Source: Octopus bimaculoides
Lineage: Eukaryota
Length of the DNA: 60,997 nt
Reading direction: 5' to 3'
Assembly (NCBI RefSeq): GCF_001194135.2
Contig: NC_068998.1
Location: forward strand, 39,020,509-39,081,505
Both the position numbers and the translations under genes were made by a program. How positions within the stretch are numbered: the stretch's first letter is position 1; each line of letters starts with the position of its first letter. Positions 51,216-60,997 of the stretch are shown here, one piece after another. The notes under the pieces were generated by a model, which was not told the origin of the DNA, ran no database searches, and saw nothing but the letters and a program-made list of their open reading frames with translations.

Positions 51216-52289
51216 CTGATACTAGAAACCAGCAGAGTCCACAGATGAATATATTAATAGAACATATCTGTGAACCTCATTTGGACACAGTATTGGTATT
51301 TAACTTCAAATTAATGTGAAAAAGATGAAATGTCAAGGTTTCTACAGATTGGACACTACTTTATATGATATCTTACCAGCATTGAAATAGACATGGCCAA
51401 ATGGATTAGGTGTTGAGGCACCGACTTACATGTAGGTAATAAGTTCAGATCTGCAGCTGGTACTAAGTTTATTGTCCTTGTTGTGATTACTTGGTAGTAT
51501 TATTTGTGAAAAGCTAGCATCCTCTTTAAGGAGGAGACCTGTTTCTTGTCTACTTAACATTAAGAAACCTGGGCCAAGCAGCGTCCTTTAAAAGCACTTT
51601 GAGACACTACAACACATTTGTATTTTACAGCTAATCACGTCACAATTACGAGACAAACTGCAGAAAGAATGGGTAAATGATAAGATAAAATAGAAGGTGC
51701 AATTCAGCTTTTGTATGTTGTTGCCAGAAACCAACGCTGAACAAAATCTAAATAAATGTACACAGGAAGTGTGAATGCTGTTGAGGATTTCAACAATTAT
51801 CGATCAAAGGCAACAACATAAGCTTTAAACTGAATCAAACACTCCTGTTAGTGTAGCTAATGGATATATTGATTTCCTTTTGTTTGGATTCAACAATTAT
51901 CCATGAAAGAAATCTCTATTTGCATTGAGTACAGAACGTAATATTATTGGTACTAAAAAAGGTTTCCAAATCTTCATATGAAATGCACCAGGATTTCATA
52001 TGATGTTGCTAGTTATAACACGAACAGATGATTACATGTGGCTACAATTATGAGAATGATGAGTTCTATTCTAGTGGAACAGCTGAGGTGTTGTAAAATA
52101 CTATTTGATTACTGCTGAACATTATTTATTTATATATTTATTTATTTCTGCCAATCACAGCATTAAAAACTGACATAATCAAGTACATATGACATTAGAC
52201 TTCAAAGAATTACATCAAGAGGGATAAAAAGCTCGACTCTGGCTGCTCAACAAGTGAGTATTGCTAATGGACACACACACACACACACC

Positions 52290-52745
52290 ATCATCATCAT
52301 CATCATCATCATCATCGTTTAATGTCTGTTTTCCATGCTAGCATGGGTTGGACGATTTGACTGAGGACTGGTGAACCAGATGGTTACACCAGACTCCAAT
52401 CTGATTTGGCAGAGTTTCTACAGCTGGATGCCTTTCCTAACGCCAACCACTCCGAGAGTGTAATGGGTGCTTTTATGTGCCACCGGCACAAAGGTCAATC
52501 AGGCGGTACTGGCAACGGCCACGCTCAAAATGGTGCATTTTACGTGCCACATGCACAGGAGCCAGTCCAGCGGCACTGGCAACGATCTCGCTCGAATGTC
52601 TTTACACGTGCCACCGGCGCAAGTGCCAGGAAGACAACACTGGGCACAGGTGCCATCACGATTTCGCTTGCCCCAACAGGTCTTCGCAAGCCGAGTTTAG
52701 TGTCCAATGAAGGAGACGACGTTGGCATGGGTGCCAGTCGTCAAA
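52290..52745 (-). mobile_element. RTE 3' end with (GAT)n tail, little diverged
   Basis: CpG-retaining copy of the family seen at 2490-3150. Confidence 0.8.
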
Positions 52746-53160
52746 ATATTAATAATAGATCTAGTGGCATCAAAAATAAAGTAATACGTAACCACTCTAG
52801 TATTAATCAGAGTAATAACAAAAAGAAACCTAAAAATAGGCCAAGGAAAATTATTTGGTTCACCCCTCCCTTTTCCCTTAATATAAAAACTAACATTGGT
52901 AAAAGATTCCTGTCCCTCCTAAACAAACGCTTTCCAGCCACTCACAGATAGAGGAAATTATCTAATAGGCATTCTGTGAAATTATCATACAGCTGCTGCC
53001 CTAATATAAAGAGCATCATTACACGTGGTCAATACCAAGAACCTGAATCCAGTTGCAACTGTCATGACCCAGGATCCTGTCCACTTGACCAACGATGAAT
53101 GACTACATTTATCATATATAAGGCAGAAGTTACTGCAACCCTAAATATTAATTCCACCTA
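52745..53160 (+). mobile_element. Penelope-like element RT-thumb/linker and start of GIY-YIG
   Basis: [32 protein letters not shown]...VKLSYSCCPNIKSII...CNCHDPGSCPLDQR*MTTFIIYKAEV in a single frame. Confidence 0.85.
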
Positions 53161-54115
53161 TTCCTGACTGACTTGATATCTTTCTAACCTTATCATTTAA
53201 AGTCTACGGATGATAGCTCTTTTTGTGTTTTCGTTTTCCGTTGTTTACTTTCTGCTGCCTTCTCAGTTTTTTTCATGTTTCTTCTATTATTCAATTATTT
53301 TAGTTCGTTATGATATGTGGTTGGTGCCTGCAGAATAATATCTTTCTTTTCTCAACACATGAAACAATTAGTAACACTTTAATACCTGTATTGTGACCTT
53401 TGAATAAATGATATTTATCTCTCACCAGATGGAGTACTTTTTTTGTTGAATTTTCTATCACAAAACAGTACATTACACACACACACACACACAGACACAC
53501 ACACACATTCATATGTACATGTATCAAACAGGCTTCTACACAGTTTCCTGCTATCAAATATTTTCACACAAAGCTGTGGCTAAATCAAGGCTGTAGTGGA
53601 AGTGCATACCTAACGTGTTGTGCAATGAAATCAGATCCACATCTACATTCTAATCACACATTAGAATGTAAAGCAAACATTTTAATTACACACTCATGAT
53701 GTGATATCTTTTGCAATATTCATTTTATTGTATTGGCAAAGAATCTCTAGAGTATTCTATGTACTTATTAAAAAAGATAAACCAATCAGAAAACGTAAAT
53801 CAATAATGTGACATTCATCATTTCTATTCAATATTACAGACAGATGAGTTGGGGGAAAAGAAATCAAATATTACGTGGTCAGTGTATGTCAACATATAGA
53901 GCAGCAAATTGGAGTGAATGATGGGAAAGATGCAGGAAGGAAGGAGACAAATGCAAAAGATAAACAGTGAATGAAAGAAGAGCTTGTGTATATATATATA
54001 TATATATATCTATATATATATATCTATATATATATATATATATAATGTAACCTCGTGGGCATCGGTACCATTTTCCTCTTTCTCCGTTCTTCCATTCTCT
54101 GAACTTTTCATCTTT

Positions 54116-54142
54116 CCGACGAAGGGCTACGCCCGAAACGTC
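54116..54142 (+). ncRNA. Candidate minimal hammerhead-like motif (U4C core variant)
   Basis: CCGACGA-a-gggc(tac)gccc-GAAA-CGTC; helix I poorly paired. The downstream ttcctgagc...aataata resembles the flank of 14241-14276. Confidence 0.4.
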
Positions 54143-54237
54143 GTACACTCTCTCTTTCCTTTCCTGAGCATCCAATAATACTATCCATATCACGTCCTCA
54201 CTTTGTTGTTTTTTTGTTTTTTTGTTATTGTTTTTTT

Positions 54238-54293
<56 letters not shown>

Positions 54294-54294
54294 T

Positions 54295-54480
54295 ACATGA
54301 AAAGTTGCAGAAAGGTTCCTGGCTTTAGGTAAAAACAAATACAGGACAATCAGTTGAATATGATTTTATTTAACATATTCCCCTCTCAGATTCACATACT
54401 TATTGCAGTGGCCCTTCAGTTTTTCTAGGCCTTGGGAACAAATTTGGAAGGTTGGAGCTCCAACCAGGTCATTTCACCAT
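54295..54480 (-). mobile_element. Mariner 3'-end remnant
   Basis: Similar to 25803-26060. Confidence 0.6.
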
Positions 54481-54579
54481 ATATTTAAAGCCATACACAT
54501 ACATACATACACATATAACATCCTTGTTTGAAGGATGAGGTGGATTGCTTACCATCATGAGACTAAGAAGTAAAACAGA

Positions 54580-55825
54580 ACTCTAGAAACATATGAGAAA
54601 AATTATTAGAAGATATTCAAAAGCAGAAAAAATCCTCCACCTAGCCCACCACTAGAAAATTTTGAAAAAGACTTATTTGAACTTAATAGCTAATGTAAAA
54701 TTCAAGGAACACCCACTTAGAAAAAAACTTACATCTGAGGAAACTAAAGGAATTTATTAAGTTATTGCATAATAAACCAGAAATTCTGGTCCCAGCAGAT
54801 AAAACTGGAAACTTATATAGACTTAACTGTACCACCTATAGGAAACTAATAATGAAGGAACACAACGCTAAATATAAAATAACATCCAAAAAGAATCTAT
54901 CAGACATTAATTTAAAAATTAAAGAAGTTATGACTTAACAAACAAAACAGAACCCTTAAAACCAAGGATTAACCTAAAGGACCACAAGAAGAACTTCCAT
55001 GATAATCCTACTGTAAGACTAATTTGCCCGACTAAGTCTGATATTGGTTGACTTAGCAAATCTATTCTGGATAATATTCTACCCCTTATATTTCCCAACC
55101 TAACTCTCAAATTATGGTTTGATACAGATGAAGTAATACATTGGTTTAAATCCATTGATAATATAAGTAATTATTCTTTTATTCAATTTGACATTAACAG
55201 TTATTATTCCAGTATATCCCCTATGCTTTTCAATAAATCTCTAATTTTTGCTAAAGACCTCTCTCTTATAACTAGGGATGAAATCGACATTATTCTTTTA
55301 GCTAGAAGGACTATCATAGGATTTGAGGGTAAACTTTGGACTGGGGCTGATACCTTCAAAAACTTTGATATAGCTATGGGCTCAAGTGACTCAGCCAAAA
55401 TCACTAATCTAGTTGGTGCGTACCTTTTAAGGTGCCTAAATAGAGAAATCCCTGAATTACAGGGAGGTTTATAGAGAGATGATGCTCTTTTCATCATCCC
55501 TAGCAACAATAAATCAGTCATAGAAAGAATGAGAAAAAGAATTAGAAAATTTTTTAAAAGCTTTAACTTAGGTATTACGTATGAATATGGCACAAAGGTA
55601 GTAAATTTTTTAGATACTACTTTAGATATTAACTCTAGATTATACCACCCCTATAGGAAACCAGGTGAGGTTACAAGATACATGAACAAATTATCAAATT
55701 GCCTCGCTAATGTGTTAAAATCGGTAGTTAAAAGTATTTCTAGGAGAATTACAAAATTATCATCAAATAATGATATTTTTAATACCCATTCCTACCACTA
55801 CAATGTTGCTTTGTATAAGGCACAC
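54580..55825 (+). mobile_element. Penelope-like element reverse transcriptase, decayed
   Basis: ILVPADKTGNLY...NPTVRLICPTKSDIG...FIQFDINSYYSSI...FDIAMGSSDSA...GLYRDDAL...VVNFLDTTLDI...YHPYRKP, with several stops and frameshifts. Confidence 0.9.
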
Positions 55826-55846
55826 ACACATATATATATACACACG

Positions 55847-55898
<52 letters not shown>

Positions 55899-56023
55899 CA
55901 CACATATACATATACACACACACATATATATATATACACATCTGTCCTCGTCTGTTGTTATTATTTGTATATTCTCCTATATACACATATATATATATAT
56001 ATATACACATATATATACATAGA

Positions 56024-56245
56024 TAAAGTTAGGTATGGCTGATCTATGGGCTTACCCGCGGTTTCACATCCATAAAATCCTTATGTTTATAGCATTTCTT
56101 GAGGCCCTAAACCCTTTGGCTTATGTAGGCCAACAGGTTTAGGGTCTGAACAAATGCTGCAAAGCTAAGCACTTTATGGATGTGAAACCATAGATAGGTA
56201 ACCCCATAGATTGGTAACCTCATAGATTGGCCATATCTATCTTTG
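56024..56245. repeat. Imperfect ~220-bp palindromic (hairpin) element
   Basis: Arms include ggtttcacatccataaa/tttatggatgtgaaacc, ccctaaacc/ggtttaggg and atggctgatctatggg/catagattggccat. Confidence 0.85.
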
Positions 56246-56342
56246 TATACTCTACTGCTCTATAACCCAGAGTATGCTTCTTAGTTGGATTTATGCTTTA
56301 CTGATGACATACACACGCACATACATATGCACATATATGTAT

Positions 56343-56379
<37 letters not shown>

Positions 56380-57772
56380 AATATATACATACATATATAT
56401 GTATATGCATACAGAGAGAGAGAGAGAAAAACAAAGAAATGTTTCACTCTGTTGTGTTTACTGGTGTTACTAAGCAATGACACTGTATTCTACACTACTT
56501 CAGTTCATGTAGTTGACAGTAATAAGTATCAGATATCTGTGAGAAGAGGCCAACAGTGGTGATCATCTACTGATATATGCTACCGATCTTGAAAGGTCCG
56601 GCACAGTTAAATACAAGTTATCCACAAAAGCACTCCCTGATTTCATGACATTGTGATATCTAAAGTAATTCAAATATATTGATAAATATGGTGTCCACAG
56701 CTTCCCTAACAATAATATTTTCCTTTATTTTGAGGTGATTTCCCATCTTTGGTGTGAATGCAAAGAAATCCACGATGGTCACCACTCCACAGCAACAAAG
56801 CTGGGAGTGTTTTCGTGGACATCCTGTATCAAGGATGAACAAGAGGTTCAACACCTCTTCATAGTTGTGAGTTGATGAAAACCACACATATAATATATAT
56901 GTAAATATGTGTGTGCGCGAGTGAGTGTGTGTTTGTGTGTGAGTATGTGTGTGTGCGTGTGGTAAGGAGATACAGGCATCATAATAGGAAAGGAGAAAGA
57001 AAAAAATGAAAGGAGAAAATAATAATAAAAAAGAAGGATAAAAGAACAAATATAACAAAAACTTAGGAAAGAAATAAAAGAATAAAAAATTATTTAAATA
57101 AAGAATAATCGAAGGCTAACAAAAAGGGGAAGTAAATATAAAAATTTAAATATAAATGAGTAAAAAAAAAAGAAATAAAAAGGACACAATAAGGGAATTA
57201 AAAAAAAACGAGTCATTAAAAACAAGAGTTGAAGTTAGAATTTAAGGTTAAAGAAGAAAAAACTGAAGGAAAAATTACAAACAAAAATAATCTTTGCCAA
57301 AAAACACCCAGATTATCCTCCTATCAGTAAACAACTAAGAAAAAAACTCCCGTCATTTAAACAACTTAGAAAAAAAAAGCCGTCATTTAAGCATCTTCAC
57401 TCATTAGATTTGATATTTAAAACTAAACCATGCAATAACAGAAATAAATGGTATTTTATAACTGCAGGCAAAAGAAATCTAGCAACATTTTCATTATTTT
57501 CTTATCTCAAATCTTTAAAACCATGAAAGACCGTTTGATGGGGAAACCTTTGTACTGTTACAGAATAGAGTCCGAGACATGTTTAACACAAACACAAAAT
57601 GTCAACTGACACATTACCCAGCACTGAAAACGTTGTGATGGGGACAGTGATCTTGTGTGTGTGTGTGTATGTGTGTGCGTATGCGTGCGTGTAGGTGTTT
57701 GTGTAGATATATATTTATGTAATGCATGTATGTGTTTCTATGTATGCATGCAAATGCGTTTATAAGTGTGTG

Positions 57773-57812
57773 TGTGAAAATGATGATCATACATTTATAT
57801 AGATAAAGATGT

Positions 57813-57844
<32 letters not shown>

Positions 57845-57900
57845 GCTTGTGTTTGTACATATGTATACATGTTTATATGTATGCATGCATGTTTGTAAAC

Positions 57901-57936
<36 letters not shown>

Positions 57937-57976
57937 ACATCTTTATCTATATAAATGTATGATCATCATTTTCACA
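57773..57976. repeat. Inverted repeat with 44-bp perfect unique arms plus mirrored microsatellite
   Basis: tgtgaaaatgatgatcatacatttatatagataaagatgtacac and its exact reverse complement ending at 57976. Confidence 0.9.
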
Positions 57977-58339
57977 TCCACTTTCCCACGCTTGCATAGG
58001 TCAGATGGAACTTGTTGAGGCAGATTCTCTACGGTTGGATACCCTTTTCATTGCCAACCTTTGTTTACAAGCCACCACTTTCTTATAATGAATGACTTGG
58101 TATCAACAACTACAATGCTTCGATTAATGGGTTTTTTGAAGCACATACAGTCATAAACAGATGCAGACACCACCCCTGACCCTACTATTCTTGATACAGA
58201 AGAAGAGTCAGAGTGCAGTTTTGGTTAGAGGGAAAGAGTGCCTCACCAGACTGGTATATATTTATGAACCCAATATGGATGGAAAGAAGGTAAAGTTTAA
58301 CTTCAGCCTGAAGAAGTACTACAAACATTGATTTAAAAT

Positions 58340-58530
58340 TTTGGCACAGGGCCAGCAATTTTAGGGGAGGGATAAGTTGGTTACACTGACTCCAGTATTC
58401 AACTGGTACTTATATTATTGACTCTGAAGGGATGAAATGCTAAGGAATTTGAACTCAGAATGTGAAGACAGACAAAATACCGCTAAGCATTTTGCCCAGC
58501 ATTCTAATGATTCTGTCAGCATGCTGCCTT
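58340..58530 (-). mobile_element. SINE family B
   Basis: Family B consensus, reverse strand. Confidence 0.8.
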
Positions 58531-58760
58531 GACTACTACAAATATTGCAGGACAGTCTATCCAATGTTCTAACAGCTACTAATTCACTACCTCCCCCATC
58601 TCTCTCTCTCACTTGCTCAATGTGCAGACTCCAACGATGATAGTATTTATTGAGGTTATTCAATTTTTTTCAGTCAATCAATAGACAAATTGAGTAAATA
58701 GAACCATTGATGCAACTATAATGCATATCAGAAACAGTTGTAAATCAGAGATTCACAAAT

Positions 58761-59157
58761 AGGCGCAGGAGTGGCTGTGTGGTAAGTAGCTTGCTTACCA
58801 ACCACATGGTTCCGGGTTCAGTCCCACTGCGTGGCACCTTGGGCAAGTGTCTTCTGCTATAGCCTTGGGCCGACCAAAGCCTTGTGAGTGGATTTGGTAG
58901 ACGGAAACTGAAAGAAGCCCGTCGTATATATGTATCTATATATGTGTGTGTGTTTGTGTTTGTCCTCCTAGCATTGCTTGACAACCGATGCTGGTTCATG
59001 TCCCCTGTGTTTATGTCCCTGTCACTTAGCGGTTCGGCAAAAGAGACCGATAGAATAAGTACTAGGCTTACAAAGAATAAGTCCCGGGGTCGACTAGCTC
59101 GACTAAAAGCGGTGCTCCAGCATGGCCGCAGTCAAATGACTGAAACAAGTAAAAGAG
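58761..59157 (+). mobile_element. tRNA-derived SINE family A, full-length reference copy
   Basis: A-box TGGCTGTGTGG 58772-58782, B-box GGTTCAGTCCC 58815-58825, CORE-like ggcaccttgggcaagtgtctt, internal (TA)(TG) microsatellite, 3' end gactgaaacaagtaaaagag. Confidence 0.92.
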
Positions 59158-59196
59158 AAAAAAAATAAATAAAAGAGAAAAATAAAGAAATATGTA

Positions 59197-60481
59197 CAAG
59201 GGGTGTTCATTAAAGATTTCCTCTGACCCACTTCTCAGAGACTAGGATAAATGAAACTTGGCATAATTATTAGTCCTTCTCTACATAACTACCACCAATG
59301 GTGATACACTTCTCCCATTGCTTTATGCAAATGTGAAGACCTTGTCTGTAGAAGTTGGTAGGTTGCGTCTGGAGCCAGGACTTTATCTTGGAAATAAGTT
59401 CATCATCATCCAAAAAGTGCTTCCCCTTCAAAAAACACTTCATGGTTGCAAAGAGGTGGAAGTCAGATGGTGTGAGGTCAGGGGATTAAGAGGAATGAGG
59501 AATGATTTCATAGCTGCAGGAGTGTGCTTTCATCTGGGCAACATGCACATTGTGATCTGGGGCACTGTCTTGGAGGAGACGGACTCCTTTGGTCAGCATG
59601 CCACGTCTCTCTGCTTTGATGATATCATGCAATTTCTGCAGCAGAGAAGCATAATATGTCCTGTTAAATGTAGTGCCCTTTGCCAGAAAATCCATCATTA
59701 CTACTCTGTGCTGGTCCCAAAAGACTGTGAGCACCACCTTGCCTGCTGAGGGTTGGACACGTGCCTTCTTTGGAGGTGGTGAGTTATCATGCTTCCATTG
59801 CTTCGACTGGACTTTAATCTCAGGATCATAGTGATGAACCTATGCTTCATCTTGTGTGATGAGTCTGCCGAAAAAGTCCTCCTCATTTTCTTGGCACATT
59901 GCCAAAAGATTCTGGGTGCAACTGACTCATTCCTGCTTCTGAAAAAGTGCGAGCATCCGAGGAATCTATCGTGCAGACAAGTTCTGTATGTGCAAATGGT
60001 TGTGAATGATTTTTTTCCATGGACCCTACATTTATCTTCATTTATGGGGCTAGTTGCCAAATAGTTATGTGGTGATCTTCCAAAATGGTGTATGCCACTT
60101 TATGGATGGTGTCGTCATCAATGGTGGAATGTGGTCATCCAGGAATAGGAGCAGTTTCCACAGAAGTTCGACCACATTTGAACTGGCAATGCCAGTACTT
60201 GACTACATCAGATGATGGTGTGTTGTTACCATAAATTTCTTTCATCTCTTCAAAAGTCTCTTTTGGTGTATGACAATTCAAGTATAAGAACCTGATCACT
60301 GATCTGCATTCAACTGCCTTCGTTATAACACCTTAGTCTACTTCAGCAGCCATAAAAGACAAATGAATTCTAGTGGAAAGCTGCAATTTACAATGTGACA
60401 TGTATGATTATACCTGTACAAGTTCCGTTTCCTGTAATAACCGGAAGTGGTTTGGGGGAAATCTTTAATGAACACCCCTAG
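59197..60481 (-). mobile_element. Full-length decayed mariner transposon (D,D34D transposase)
   Basis: TA|caaggggtgttcattaaagatttcc ... ggaaatctttaatgaacacccctag|TA; 1285 bp. Transposase motifs ITQDE, VFWD, LLQDSAP, SPDLTPSDFHLF, with stops and frameshifts. Confidence 0.93.
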
Positions 60482-60699
60482 TAAAGCTCATTATTTGTGT
60501 CTTTCTTGTATATCACTCTGTGAAAAAGACCTGTTTAATTGGTGAATGCCAAAATTGACAAAACTGACTGGTAATGGACTTCAACCTTGGACCTTGCCTT
60601 AAGATTAACTGGAGTTCTTTACTAATCTAAAAAAATTTTGTTAGCCTGGTGCATTTGTATTAACAGAGAGCTTGTAAAGTATTTTGCCTCGATTGACAT

Positions 60700-60945
60700 C
60701 ATCATCATCATCATCATTTAACGTCCGATTTCCATGCTGGCATGGGTTGGATGGTTTGACTGAGGACTGGTTAGCCAAGAGGCTGCACCAGGCTCCAGTC
60801 TGATCTAGCAAGGTTTCTACAGCTGGATGCCCTTCCTAATGCCAACCATTCTGAGAGTGTAGTGGGTACCTTTTACGTGCCACCAGCATGGAACCAGTCA
60901 GCCAGCACTGGCATCAACCATGCTCAAATGGTGCTTTTTATTATA
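60700..60945 (-). mobile_element. RTE 3' end with (GAT)n tail
   Basis: catcatttaacgtccgatttccatgctggcatgggttgg...ggatgcccttcctaatgcc. Confidence 0.8.
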
Positions 60946-60950
60946 TATAC

Positions 60951-60997
<47 letters not shown>

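Noticed and set aside
51718-51731. GTTGCCAGAAAC as an RFX X-box for the ciliary gene
   Set aside because: Imperfect match 14 kb from the first coding exon; TSS unknown.
52406-52951. 181-aa ORF as a single gene
   Set aside because: Chimera of an antisense RTE 3'UTR and the PLE linker fragment.
53160-53225. SECIS-like stem downstream of the PLE TGA codon
   Set aside because: Lacks a proper RUGA/GA quartet geometry, and the element's true 3'UTR is not present here.

Overview
AT-rich, microsatellite-dense animal genomic DNA with five N-gaps. The repeat families (tRNA-derived SINEs, RTE 3' ends) look like those of octopus or another coleoid cephalopod; this is an inference. The one clearly identifiable host gene is a minus-strand lebercilin (LCA5/LCA5L family) gene. 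Its five coding exons were reconstructed by hand with consistent splice phases: 37622-37469, 29756-<29511 (3' part lost in an N-gap), 28458-28321, 27197-27000 and 24868-23729. The rest is mostly transposon debris: at least three tRNA-SINE families, RTE and RTE-BovB LINE pieces, an L1/Tx1 fragment, an R4/Dong-like element inside (TAA)n, Penelope-like element (PLE) fragments, a full-length decayed mariner, a Tigger remnant, and hAT and piggyBac MITEs. The most interesting leads are minimal non-canonical hammerhead-ribozyme-like motifs attached to PLE ends, an in-frame TGA at a conserved Cys position of a PLE zinc-knuckle (possible selenocysteine), head-to-tail SINE arrays built in (ATT)n tails, a uORF overlapping the LCA5 start codon, and several long hairpins. 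Most ORF-track entries are microsatellite or gap artefacts. All homology calls are by eye from remembered motifs; no database searches were run, and repeat boundaries are approximate unless TSDs are given.
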